From contig CAXXHG010000010.1 in assembly GCA_963666315.2 (NCBI GenBank), positions 96,001 to 160,000 of the forward strand: a stretch of 64,000 nt of DNA. The letters are read 5' to 3'. The notes under the pieces are model-generated. The model worked only from the letters and a program-made list of their open reading frames with translations. It was not told where the DNA came from and searched no databases. Each line of letters starts with the position of its first letter. The first letter of the stretch is position 1. This DNA is from Candidatus Binatia bacterium. Its GTDB lineage: Bacteria > Desulfobacterota > Binatia > Bin18. The position numbers and the translations under genes were made by a program. This document shows positions 9,210-18,877 of the stretch, piece by piece.

Positions 9210-10499
9210 ATGTCTCGTCCGAATATTCTTTTCCTGCTGATTGATTGTCTGCGCGCAGATGCCGTACTGGGCCGAGACCGGGGAGCCCATACACCCACAT
9301 TAGATCGTCTTGTCCGCTCCGGCGTGGCCTGTACCCAAGCCATTTCTTCTGCCTCATCGACCACACCCTGCGTGGCGAGTCTGCTGACCGGCACCTACTC
9401 TTTTGTGCATGGCCTGCGTTCCATCTTTGGCTTAAAGTTGAACCCCCACATCCCCTCTTTAGTCGAAGCTTTTCGCGACCACGGCTATTACACAGCCGCC
9501 GAGGTGAGTGGACCGCTTTTCCCGGAAACCAATCTCAATCGCGGATTCGACACCTATCACTTCCGTGAAGGAGCTGCGTATCTGTCTACTCCTTGGGGCG
9601 CCGACTTTCGTCAGCGTTTGCAGAGCGAAGAGTTTCGGCACCCCTGGTTTCTCTTTTTGCATCTGTGGGAGCTCCACCACCATCGTCATATCCTGCCGGC
9701 CTTTCGGAGTCGTAGATTTGGCCACAACCGGTACGAGCGAGCACTCTCCTCTCTCGATGCTGAATTGGCCAGGCTCCTGGCCGTTTTGCCGGACAATACG
9801 CTCGTGGTCATTCACGGCGATCATGGCGAACATGTGGTGAAAACCGACTTTCAATACCGGCTGTATCGCCTCATCCGAGATCTGGCCGGCCGCAAGACGC
9901 TTAAACGTGAAGGCCATGAAATGGACGTGTCAGAAGACCTGGTACGCGTTCCGCTAGTCTTTAGCATGCTGGGAAATGGACAGAACGGACAGGATCGACA
10001 GAGTGGGCAGAATGAACGGGACGCGCAGGCTGCCCTGTCCTTACCGGCGGGAAAGCAGATTTCCCAACTGGCACGACAGATTGATGCCTTACCCACGGCG
10101 TTAGATCTTGTCGGCATTCCGGTTCCGAGTCAGATTCACGCCCAGAGCCTCAAACCTGCGTTGTTGGATGATACCCCGCTTGGACTAGAGGCGTATGTGG
10201 AGGCGTTTTTACGGATACGCTCAGATCAGCGCGACCAACGAATCGGCTGGCGTACGTCCGAGTGGAAGTATATTTATGCGCCCCACAACCCTCACCTACC
10301 GGCAGAACTCTATTACTTGCCGGACGACCCTGCGGAACAGCGCAACCTCGCCACCCAGCATCCGGAGGTCGCGCAGATGCTGCAGCGTCGGATTGAGGAC
10401 ATCCAGAACGGCCCGCTGGCTGCCACTCCAGGGCTGGTCATGACCGAGGCGGAAAAAGCAAATGTCGAAAAACGCTTGACCGAGCTTGGGTATATGTAA
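9210..10499 (+). CDS. Sulfatase-like / alkaline phosphatase superfamily protein
   Basis: PNILFLLIDCLRAD, TPTLD, TTPCVASLLTG, GDHGE, ELYYLPDDPAEQRNL, RLTELGY. Confidence 0.85.
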   Translation: MSRPNILFLLIDCLRADAVLGRDRGAHTPTLDRLVRSGVACTQAISSASSTTPCVASLLTGTYSFVHGLRSIFGLKLNPHIPSLVEAFRDHGYYTAAEVSGPLFPETNLNRGFDTYHFREGAAYLSTPWGADFRQRLQSEEFRHPWFLFLHLWELHHHRHILPAFRSRRFGHNRYERALSSLDAELARLLAVLPDNTLVVIHGDHGEHVVKTDFQYRLYRLIRDLAGRKTLKREGHEMDVSEDLVRVPLVFSMLGNGQNGQDRQSGQNERDAQAALSLPAGKQISQLARQIDALPTALDLVGIPVPSQIHAQSLKPALLDDTPLGLEAYVEAFLRIRSDQRDQRIGWRTSEWKYIYAPHNPHLPAELYYLPDDPAEQRNLATQHPEVAQMLQRRIEDIQNGPLAATPGLVMTEAEKANVEKRLTELGYM

Positions 10500-12160
10500 T
10501 GGAGCAATCTGTCGTGAGTGCATCCATGCCAACTATTGTGCATTCCAGCCTGGATACCCAGCTCGTAGCAGATCTTGTTTCTCAGGAACCGAGACTCTGG
10601 CACATGTCTCGTATTCTCAAAAAAGATGCCGGCACAACCGTCACCGTGATGTCTCATGACACACACTCGGTGGTCGTCAAACACCACCGGATGAACCGCT
10701 GGCGGCGTCGGGCGGATACGATTATGCACGGTTCTCCCGCTCGCCGGTCCTGGCGCGGGGCACGGTTACTGCAGGCATACGGTTTTTCCGTTCCACAGCC
10801 ACTCGCCGTTGTCGAAAAGCGCACGGCGGGCATGGTGCAGGAAAGTCTCTACGTGAGTGAGGCATTGCCGTACCCACCACTTTCAACATACTGGCGGGAG
10901 CAGTCTGTCGGCTGGTCGGCCCAACAACGACGTACGTTTCTTGGCAGCCTGGCCGACTTCGTCCAGTCTTTCCACGCTGCCGGACTGTATAGCGGCGACC
11001 TGCGAGATGCCAATCTCTTAGTCGAAGAAAGCACTGATCACACCTGGCGCTTTTGTCTGGTTGATCTGGACCGCGTCAAGCACGAAGTAAATATCACTCA
11101 GCGCCGCCGCATCAAAAATCTCGTCCAGCTTGACCGCACCCTAGGTCAGCGCGCCATGCTGACTGAACGTCTCTCCTTCCTGTACCGCTATCTGGGCTCG
11201 CCTCTTCCCTCCCCTCCCCAGCGACGACGCTTGATAAAAAAAATCCTGGCTCTGGGCGATCAGAAAGACCGCGAATATGCCAAACGGCGGGCAAAGCAGC
11301 GACCGGCCGTTTCCGCGCTCTCTCCAGCCGGGCTGACAGCCGCCCAGCAGGCGGTTGCCTCTCAAAACGGAGGACTGGATCGCCGTCCCATCTCGTGCTG
11401 CATTATCTGTTTTAACGAAGAGCGCAATATGCGCCGCTGTCTTGAAAGTGTGAAGTGGTGCGATGAGATTATTGTCGTAGACTCCTTTTCTACGGATAAG
11501 ACGGTCCAGATCTGCCGTAGCTATCCCACACGGATCATTCAGCGTCCGTGGCCGGGTTATGTTGAACAAAAACGCTTTGCCTTATCCCAGGCGAGTCACG
11601 AGTGGGTGTTAAACGTTGATGCCGACGAAGAGGTCACCCCGGCCCTCCAACACGAGATCCAAGCCGTCTTACAACGAGACGACCCTGCGGTGGATGGATT
11701 CTACGTACCGCGCCTGGTGCGCTATTTGGGGCGTTGGTGGTGGCGAGGCTGGTATCCCGGCTATCGACTGCGATTGTTTCGTAAGACCAAGGTCCGCTGG
11801 GGAGGCATCAATCCGCATGAGAAGGTCTTGCTGCGAGGCCACGCAGATCGACTCCGCAGCAATCTGCATCATTACACGTATGATGACATGAGGGATCATC
11901 TGCGGACAATTAACGGCCTGACCGAGGTCTCGGCCCGTGAGCTCGCTCTACGCAAACGTCAGAGACGGCTCATCGACTTACTGTTACGTCCACTCTGGCG
12001 CTTCGTAAGTTTTTACTTTCTGCGCGGCTGCCTGCGCGATGGCATTCCCGGTCTTTTTGTTTCCGTGACATCGGCTTTCTACGTCTTCCTCAAATATGCC
12101 AAGCTGAGGGAGCAGACTGCGAGTTCCAGTGACACGTCGGCTGCGTATTCTCCACATTGA
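10499..12160 (+). CDS. LPS kinase (WaaP/Kdo kinase-like) fused to a GT2 (WaaE/KdtX-like) glycosyltransferase
   Basis: N-half VPQPLA...FHAAGLYSGDLRDANLLV...LVDLD; C-half IICFNEERNMRRCLES...VVDSFSTDKT...NVDADE...FLKYAKL. Confidence 0.85.
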   Translation: MEQSVVSASMPTIVHSSLDTQLVADLVSQEPRLWHMSRILKKDAGTTVTVMSHDTHSVVVKHHRMNRWRRRADTIMHGSPARRSWRGARLLQAYGFSVPQPLAVVEKRTAGMVQESLYVSEALPYPPLSTYWREQSVGWSAQQRRTFLGSLADFVQSFHAAGLYSGDLRDANLLVEESTDHTWRFCLVDLDRVKHEVNITQRRRIKNLVQLDRTLGQRAMLTERLSFLYRYLGSPLPSPPQRRRLIKKILALGDQKDREYAKRRAKQRPAVSALSPAGLTAAQQAVASQNGGLDRRPISCCIICFNEERNMRRCLESVKWCDEIIVVDSFSTDKTVQICRSYPTRIIQRPWPGYVEQKRFALSQASHEWVLNVDADEEVTPALQHEIQAVLQRDDPAVDGFYVPRLVRYLGRWWWRGWYPGYRLRLFRKTKVRWGGINPHEKVLLRGHADRLRSNLHHYTYDDMRDHLRTINGLTEVSARELALRKRQRRLIDLLLRPLWRFVSFYFLRGCLRDGIPGLFVSVTSAFYVFLKYAKLREQTASSSDTSAAYSPH

Positions 12161-13235
12161 TCCGGAACGACAGTGGGGCGGGGGCGAGGTCCAGGTCTTG
12201 GGGCTCACCCAGTATCTCGATGAGGCTGGACATGTCTCCCACGTTGCCGTTCACCCGCACGGCGTCTTAGGCCAGCGTCTGCACGCAGCAGGGCTCGCAA
12301 CCAGACCCCTCTCAATCCGTAATCACCTTGATGGTATGGCTGGCTGGCGGTTGCGGCGCATGGTCCGGCAGGAGCGCTACGACCTGGTCCATTTTCATAC
12401 CGCCAGGGCCCACGCGCTCAGCCCCTGGGTACGCGGCCTGCCGATAAAACGTGTCGTGACCCGGCGAATGGATTATCCCATTAGGCCAGGCTGGCTGAGT
12501 CACCTCCTGTATATACAAAGTGTTGACATGGTCGTCGCTATTTCTTCCGGTCTCCGCGCTGCCCTACGGGCAGCAAACATCCTCGATACGCATATGCGGC
12601 TAATTCCCAGTGGTATCGATAGCAAACAGTTTGTGCCGAATGCCGACCGGCGTGCCCGCATCCGTCGGCAGTACGGTCTGACCGAGGATGCTCTACTGGT
12701 GCTGGCTGTGGGAGCCCTGGTCGAGCGCAAATCGCATCGGACCCTCATCGACGCAGCAGCACGGCTCACGCAAAACGGGATACTGCTGCACTATCTCATC
12801 TGTGGCGCTGGTCCGCTCCGCTCAGCGCTGGAGACCCAGACACGTGCGCTTGGTCTCAATTCCTGCGTACACTTCGCCGGATTTTGTCAGGACCTCCCGG
12901 CCCATCTCGCAGCAGCAGACTTCTTCGTGCATACCCCGCTGCGGGAAGGATTAGGGATAGCCGTCCTAGAAGCCCTGGCGGCGGGACTCCCGGTTGTGGC
13001 CAGCCGAGTAGGCGGCATTCCTGAACTGATTACCGATCAGGTTACGGGCCTGCTCATCCCGCCCCAGGACCCTGCGGCACTAGAGACAGCGCTCACACAG
13101 TATGTGCACAACCCTGACTGGGCCAAAGCCCTGGGACAGGCTGGCCGGGCGGCAACACACGCCCGCTTTGATATTCGCGCGACTGCCCAGGCGAATGAGG
13201 CCCTGTATTATGAGTTACTTACCGGCGCGCGGTAA
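12129..13235 (+). CDS. GT4 glycosyltransferase
   Basis: WGGGEVQ, EGLGIAVLEALAAGLPVVASRVGGIPE. Confidence 0.9.
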   Translation: MTRRLRILHIDPERQWGGGEVQVLGLTQYLDEAGHVSHVAVHPHGVLGQRLHAAGLATRPLSIRNHLDGMAGWRLRRMVRQERYDLVHFHTARAHALSPWVRGLPIKRVVTRRMDYPIRPGWLSHLLYIQSVDMVVAISSGLRAALRAANILDTHMRLIPSGIDSKQFVPNADRRARIRRQYGLTEDALLVLAVGALVERKSHRTLIDAAARLTQNGILLHYLICGAGPLRSALETQTRALGLNSCVHFAGFCQDLPAHLAAADFFVHTPLREGLGIAVLEALAAGLPVVASRVGGIPELITDQVTGLLIPPQDPAALETALTQYVHNPDWAKALGQAGRAATHARFDIRATAQANEALYYELLTGAR

Positions 13236-13244
13236 AGGACCAGC

Positions 13245-14258
13245 GTGAAGCGCGCTTCTTCTCGTCAGCAGATTTCCGCGCGTATAATCACGCCCCTGCT
13301 TGCCCGCTTCGCCCAGGTGCGCGTACTCGTCATCGGCGATCTCATGCTTGATCGTTATATTTGGGGCCAGGTCAATCGCATCTCGCCCGAAGCACCCGTC
13401 CCGGTTGTCCGTGTTACTCACGAGAGCCTGCACGCTGGAGGAGCAGGCAATGTTATTGCGAATATCCGCGCTCTGGGTGGACGGGCGACGGTCTGTGGCG
13501 TTGTCGGTCAAGATCAAGCCGGACAGCGCTTACGCACGGAGTTGCGGTCATCTGGGGCACACGTCGACGGCATTGTCACCAGCAAACCGTACGAGACCAT
13601 TAGCAAGACACGCATCATTGCCCATAGTCAACAAGTCGTCCGCCTGGATCGGGATCCTATAGAAAATCTCACCCCACATACCCGGTCTCGGCTGCGGACG
13701 TTTATCCAACGCCACGTGTCCGACTTTGACGTCTGTGTGGTATCAGACTATGGCAAAGGACTCATTGATGCAGACCTCCTCCAGCTCTTGGCCGCGCTGC
13801 GGGCTCAGCACGGCTTCGTGTACGTAATTGATCCAAAACGCCAGAACTTCCTCCACTACCACGGAGCCAGCTTGGTCAAACCGAATACAGACGAAGCCGG
13901 ACAGGCAACCCAAATCGAGATCAGAACTGCCGCCGACCTGCGGAATGCTGGTCTACGCCTGCTCGACCTGTGGCAGACGGAGGCCGTTCTCGTCTCGCGT
14001 GGAGAAGAAGGCATGAGCTTATTCCAGCCAGGCCAGCGGACGGCCCATTTTCCGACCACGGCTCACGAGGTGTTTGATGTGACGGGCGCAGGCGACACCG
14101 TCATTGCCGTATGCGCTTTAGCCCTAGGCGCCGGGGCGTCACTCGAACTAGCAACTATGCTGGCAAATCACGCCGCAGGGATCGTAGTCGGCAAGGTCGG
14201 GACAGCGACAGTCGGCCCCAAAGAACTCAAAACTATCCTGAGGACACACAGCCAATGA
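13245..14258 (+). CDS. rfaE1: D-glycero-beta-D-manno-heptose-7-phosphate kinase (HldA)
   Basis: VIGDLMLDRY, RISPEAPVPV, GGAGNV, SDYGKG, DVTGAGDTV. Confidence 0.92.
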   Translation: MKRASSRQQISARIITPLLARFAQVRVLVIGDLMLDRYIWGQVNRISPEAPVPVVRVTHESLHAGGAGNVIANIRALGGRATVCGVVGQDQAGQRLRTELRSSGAHVDGIVTSKPYETISKTRIIAHSQQVVRLDRDPIENLTPHTRSRLRTFIQRHVSDFDVCVVSDYGKGLIDADLLQLLAALRAQHGFVYVIDPKRQNFLHYHGASLVKPNTDEAGQATQIEIRTAADLRNAGLRLLDLWQTEAVLVSRGEEGMSLFQPGQRTAHFPTTAHEVFDVTGAGDTVIAVCALALGAGASLELATMLANHAAGIVVGKVGTATVGPKELKTILRTHSQ

Positions 14259-15130
14259 GAAGCATGACCGGTTTTGGCAACGGTAGTAGCGCCTTACCGG
14301 GTGGGCGCGTGGCGGTCGATATTCGTGCAGTGAACCATCGTTTCCTCGAAGTGAAGCTCCACCTGCCCCGCGGGTTTTTGCCCTGGGAGGACGAGTTCCG
14401 TGCCCTTATTGCTGCTCAGCTCAAACGGGGGCGGATCGAGGTTTTTCTCTCGCTCTCGGGGCGTGCCTCTCGCTCCTATACGGTTCATCTCAATATGGAG
14501 CTTGCCCGTGCCTATGCCCAGGCGGTCAGCCGCTTGCAAAATGAGCTGGGGGTCAGCGGTGAACTCGATCTTCAATTTTTCGCTACTCGACCGGAGCTTT
14601 TCCAAGTGGCGGAATCTCAGCAGCCTTCTCCAGTCGAGGTCAGCACGTCGAAGAAGGCACTCCAGCGGGCGCTGACGGCTCTCGTACGTCAACGCCGCCG
14701 CGAAGGCAGATTTCTCCAGCGTGATCTACGCGGGCGTATTTCTGCGCTCGAAAAATTGCGTCGTAGCGTGCAGCGCCGGACCGGACAAAGCCGACAGCTT
14801 ATGCACCAGAAGTTGACGGACAGGATCATGCCGCTTTTACCTCACCTCGAAACTGACCGCAGTCGCGTCTTGCAGGAAGTAGCCAGCCTGGTACAGAAAA
14901 GTGATATCACGGAAGAGCTAGTACGGTTGCAGAGCCACCTGCACGCATTTTCCGATCTCTTCCAACTTGAGGAGTCGGTCGGCAAACGGATGGATTTCCT
15001 GCTGCAGGAGATGCAACGGGAAGTCAACACGATGGGGGCAAAGGCGGATGATGCGTCCATTCGACATCTGGTGGTACAGGCGAAAGAAGAGGTGGAAAAA
15101 ATACGCGAACAAGTGCACAATATAGAATAA
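14255..15130 (+). CDS. yicC: YicC/YloC family endoribonuclease
   Basis: MRSMTGFG, VNHRFLE, DITEELVRL, GKRMDFLLQEMQRE, EKIREQVHNIE; ATGA overlap with rfaE1. Confidence 0.93.
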   Translation: MRSMTGFGNGSSALPGGRVAVDIRAVNHRFLEVKLHLPRGFLPWEDEFRALIAAQLKRGRIEVFLSLSGRASRSYTVHLNMELARAYAQAVSRLQNELGVSGELDLQFFATRPELFQVAESQQPSPVEVSTSKKALQRALTALVRQRRREGRFLQRDLRGRISALEKLRRSVQRRTGQSRQLMHQKLTDRIMPLLPHLETDRSRVLQEVASLVQKSDITEELVRLQSHLHAFSDLFQLEESVGKRMDFLLQEMQREVNTMGAKADDASIRHLVVQAKEEVEKIREQVHNIE

Positions 15131-15133
15131 CGT

Positions 15134-15805
15134 ATGTCAGACGACGATCACCGCTTCATTTTTCCCCGTCGTGGGATTCTCCTCATATTGTCGGCCCCGT
15201 CCGGAGCCGGGAAAACTACGCTGGCGCGTCAACTCATCGCCAAGAATGACAACCTACGCTGGTCGATCTCACACACGACTCGTGCGTGTCGCGCAGGAGA
15301 AGTCGAGGGGCACGATTATCACTTTGTGAGCGAAGAGATTTTTCTGACGCTCCGCAAGAATAACGCATTCGCAGAATGGGCAAAAGTTCATAGCGCCTAC
15401 TACGGGACTGCCCGCGCCACGATCGATGCCGCCCTCACCAGCGGACAGGACCTCCTGCTTGATATCGATGTCCAAGGCGCTGCCCAGCTCAAGGTCGCGT
15501 ATCCAGAGGCCGTGTCTGCTTTTATCCTGCCGCCCTCTTGGCGGGAGTTAGAATCGCGCTTACGTGGACGCGGCACTGACCACGAAGGGGAGATTACACA
15601 ACGTATCCGTCGTGCACGGGAAGAGGTACGAGAATTATCCCGCTACGACTATTGTGTCATCAATGACGAAGTCAAATCCGGCGTCGCGTCCTTACAGGCT
15701 ATTCTCAGCGCTGAGCGAACACGCCTCTCACGTCTGGATGTGTCACAAGCGCAGTGCTGGGGTTCTTCTCAACACGTAAGGGCAAAAACAGGAAGCTGCT
15801 CATGA
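15134..15805 (+). CDS. gmk: Guanylate kinase
   Basis: SAPSGAGKTT, SISHTTR, YYGT, LDIDVQGA. Confidence 0.95.
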   Translation: MSDDDHRFIFPRRGILLILSAPSGAGKTTLARQLIAKNDNLRWSISHTTRACRAGEVEGHDYHFVSEEIFLTLRKNNAFAEWAKVHSAYYGTARATIDAALTSGQDLLLDIDVQGAAQLKVAYPEAVSAFILPPSWRELESRLRGRGTDHEGEITQRIRRAREEVRELSRYDYCVINDEVKSGVASLQAILSAERTRLSRLDVSQAQCWGSSQHVRAKTGSCS

Positions 15806-17943
15806 ACCTGGATCAGCTTGTTTCCAGAATTCAGTCCTATCATCCTGAGGCCAATACCGACCTCATCATCAATGCGTATGCGTTCTCAGAGCGGGTCCAC
15901 CAGGGCCAAAAACGCCGCTCAGGAGAGCCCTATTTTATCCACCCGGTTGGAGTCGCTGAAATTATTACCGACATGAAGTTGGATGTCCCGAGTGTGGTCA
16001 CCAGCTTACTGCATGACACGGTTGAAGACACCTTAACCACGCTGGATCAAATTACGCAGCACTTTGGCGAGGAAGTCGCCGCTCTGGTCGACGGGGTCAC
16101 CAAGATCAGTCAGATCAATTTCACCACGCGTGAAGAGCACCAGGCTGAAAATTTCCGCAAAATGATTTTCGCTATGGCCCGAGACATCCGTGTTATTCTG
16201 GTCAAGTTAGCGGATCGCGCCCATAACATGCGGACGCTGTCCCATCTGAGTGAGGATAAACAGCGTGAGATTGCGTCTGAGACCTTGGAAATCTATGCAC
16301 CTCTCGCCCATCGCCTGGGCATCTACTGGATGAAAAGCGAGTTAGAAGATAACTCGCTGCGCTATCTCTATCCCAAGGTGTATTCCAGTCTGAAACGTAA
16401 TATTGCCAAGAAAAAGAGTGAGCGAAAAAATTATATTGCCGCAGTAATCGGCATCCTCCAAAAAATATTTATCGAGGCAGACATTTCAGCCCAGGTATCT
16501 GGCCGGCCCAAACATTTCTACTCGATTTACCAAAAGATGCAGTCACAAAATCTGGTCTTCGGCCAGATCTATGACTTGGTCGGCTTTCGCATCGTCGTTC
16601 CGTCTGTACGAGAATGCTATCAAGCCCTCGGCAGCATCCACAGTCACTGGCGGCCCATACCCGGCCGGTTTAAGGACTATATCGCCCTGCCCAAGGCGAA
16701 TATGTACCAGTCACTACACACGACAGTGATTGGGCCGCATGGGGAGCGCATCGAGATACAGATCCGGACCCGGGAGATGCACGTTGTTGCCGAAGAAGGC
16801 GTGGCCGCGCACTGGTCGTATAAAGAAGGTCAAGGCAAGGAAGAGGCGCAGCGTTTCACCTGGCTGCGTCAACTCGTCGAATTACAACAACAAATCCAAG
16901 ACCCGAAAGAATTCCTACACACGATTAAAGAAGACCTCTTTACCGAAGAAGTCTACGCCTTCACCCCCCAAGGCGATCTGAATCGTTTTCCGCGTGGGGC
17001 ATCAGTGATCGATTTTGCCTACCGGGTGCATTCTGAAGTCGGCAATCACTGTACTGGAGCACGGGTGAATGGGCGCCAAGTTCCGCTACGCTATCAGCTC
17101 AAAAATGGAGATGTCATTGAAATCATCACGACCAAGCAGCAGTCGCCGAGCAAAGACTGGCTGAAAATCGTCAAAACTCCTAAAGCCAAAGCCCGCGTCC
17201 GCCACTGGCTCAAAGAAGAACAGCGCGAGCGTAGCGTAGCGTTAGGACAAGAGCTGCTTGGACGTGAGTTGGCTCGCTCTCACGCGACCCTGTCCTCCCT
17301 GCGCAAGCAGCACAAAATCGCCTCCGTCCTTGAAGCGCTCGGGTTTGACGATGAAGAAACCCTCTTTGCCGCTGTGGGCTACGGCCAGGTGACTCTGGGC
17401 CAGGTCCTTGCCCATCTGGTTCCACAGCCCGCCGAAATTCCGGGCCTCACCCCGGATGAAATCGAGCTGGAAAAAATTCGCCATGAGCCGCCAGAGGGAG
17501 ACTCAAGCGGCGTTAAGGTTGGCGGGATAGGGAACGTGCTGATTCGGTTTGGCCGCTGTTGTAACCCCTTGCCGGGAGAACGCATTCTCGGAGTGATTAC
17601 CCGAGGGAAAGGTGTCACCGTGCATACAATTGCCTGCCAGCGCCTGCATGAGAGCGATCCTCAGCGGCATACCGCTGTCAGTTGGGATGCGGCAACGGAC
17701 TACACCCGTCCGGTCAAAATTGAGGTTCTCTCCGAAGACCGCCCCGGTCTCCTGGCCAGTATGAGCAAGGCCATCAGCACCACAGGGCTCAATATCGCCA
17801 GCGCTAATGTTCGGACCTTAACCGACGAACGTGCCCTCAATATGTTTGAAATTTTAGTCTCCAGCTCCGACGATCTGCAGCGCGTCATGCGCAACCTGGA
17901 GCGCGTCCGCGGCGTGGTGAAAGTGTCGAGGATGAAGCACTGA
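15802..17943 (+). CDS. spoT: Bifunctional (p)ppGpp synthetase/hydrolase (Rel/SpoT)
   Basis: HQGQKRRSGEPY, intact LHDTVED hydrolase motif, RFKDYIA, YQSLHT, TGS and ACT domains; start at ATG15802. Confidence 0.95.
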   Translation: MNLDQLVSRIQSYHPEANTDLIINAYAFSERVHQGQKRRSGEPYFIHPVGVAEIITDMKLDVPSVVTSLLHDTVEDTLTTLDQITQHFGEEVAALVDGVTKISQINFTTREEHQAENFRKMIFAMARDIRVILVKLADRAHNMRTLSHLSEDKQREIASETLEIYAPLAHRLGIYWMKSELEDNSLRYLYPKVYSSLKRNIAKKKSERKNYIAAVIGILQKIFIEADISAQVSGRPKHFYSIYQKMQSQNLVFGQIYDLVGFRIVVPSVRECYQALGSIHSHWRPIPGRFKDYIALPKANMYQSLHTTVIGPHGERIEIQIRTREMHVVAEEGVAAHWSYKEGQGKEEAQRFTWLRQLVELQQQIQDPKEFLHTIKEDLFTEEVYAFTPQGDLNRFPRGASVIDFAYRVHSEVGNHCTGARVNGRQVPLRYQLKNGDVIEIITTKQQSPSKDWLKIVKTPKAKARVRHWLKEEQRERSVALGQELLGRELARSHATLSSLRKQHKIASVLEALGFDDEETLFAAVGYGQVTLGQVLAHLVPQPAEIPGLTPDEIELEKIRHEPPEGDSSGVKVGGIGNVLIRFGRCCNPLPGERILGVITRGKGVTVHTIACQRLHESDPQRHTAVSWDAATDYTRPVKIEVLSEDRPGLLASMSKAISTTGLNIASANVRTLTDERALNMFEILVSSSDDLQRVMRNLERVRGVVKVSRMKH

Positions 17944-18009
17944 AGGGATCGTTGCACTCCGGACAGCTCTCGCAGGGGTAGGCTGGGGCCAGGGGTGACC
18001 GCCTGCGCT

Positions 18010-18201
18010 TCACGCCGCCTTGACTATTTTGCCCGAACGGATACAGCGCGTGCAGACACGCAGACGCCGAACCGTTCCATCCACCTTGGCTTTCACCCGT
18101 TGCAGGTTGGGCAACCAACGGCGCCGGGTCTTATTGTTGGCGTGACTGACATTATTGCCCACGGACGGGCCTTTTCCACAAATTTCACATCTTTTGGCCA
18201 C
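18010..18201 (-). CDS. rpmB: 50S ribosomal protein L28
   Basis: [10 protein letters not shown]...[20 protein letters not shown]. Confidence 0.95.
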   Translation of the reverse strand: MAKRCEICGKGPSVGNNVSHANNKTRRRWLPNLQRVKAKVDGTVRRLRVCTRCIRSGKIVKAA

Positions 18202-18295
18202 GAAACTCCTCCATCACTCTTGCCCTCTTGCACTCTGGGAAACCCCTGTGTGTACCACAGGCTGTGAACTGCTGCAACACGGCCAAACCGTACAT

Positions 18296-18775
18296 TTATT
18301 CTTGAGATATTGCGATGATACGTTCAATCAGATCTGTGCTTGAAAAGCCGTCCTGGTAGCGCACGGCAACGACCCGTCCACCGTTTTTTTCAACGATCTC
18401 TCTTCCAATTATAGTCTCGGGACCCCAATCTCCGCCTTTGACTAAGATATGCGGCTGCAGGGCGCGAATCAATGTCAACGGTGTTTCTTCGTCAAAGGTT
18501 GTTACGTAATCAACGGCCTCCAAAGCGGCGAGCAGGGTTAAACGGCTCGCTTGATCAAGAATCGGGCGTTTCTCACCCTTTAGCCGTTTCACCGAAGCAT
18601 CGCTATTGATCCCTACCACAAGGATATCGCCAAAGGTTTTTGCTTGGGTCAGGGTATATATGTGACCAGGATGCAGCAGGTCAAAGCAGCCGTTGGTGAA
18701 TACGATCCGTTTTCCCTGACGGCGCAATCGCGACAGTTGTGCTGTAAGATCTTTCGCAGCAAGGGTCTTTTGCAT
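18296..18775 (-). CDS. rfaE2: Heptose 1-phosphate adenylyltransferase (HldC)
   Basis: VFTNGCFDLLHPGH, GINSDASVKRLKG, LVKGGDW. Confidence 0.93.
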   Translation of the reverse strand: MQKTLAAKDLTAQLSRLRRQGKRIVFTNGCFDLLHPGHIYTLTQAKTFGDILVVGINSDASVKRLKGEKRPILDQASRLTLLAALEAVDYVTTFDEETPLTLIRALQPHILVKGGDWGPETIIGREIVEKNGGRVVAVRYQDGFSSTDLIERIIAISQE

Positions 18776-18877
18776 GACTATCCGTTTCCCAGAATACCAG
18801 GGGTCAGGTCCAGAACCGAAAGGGTCGTTGGTCCGACCTCTGCTGACGCACTTCGAGAGTACCTCAGGGGCAGTGCA

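Noticed and set aside
18778-18877. Structured ncRNA in the lptD-rfaE2 spacer (also checked 7820-8144 and 57977-58057)
   Set aside because: No convincing family motif or stable long stem recognised; would need an Rfam scan.
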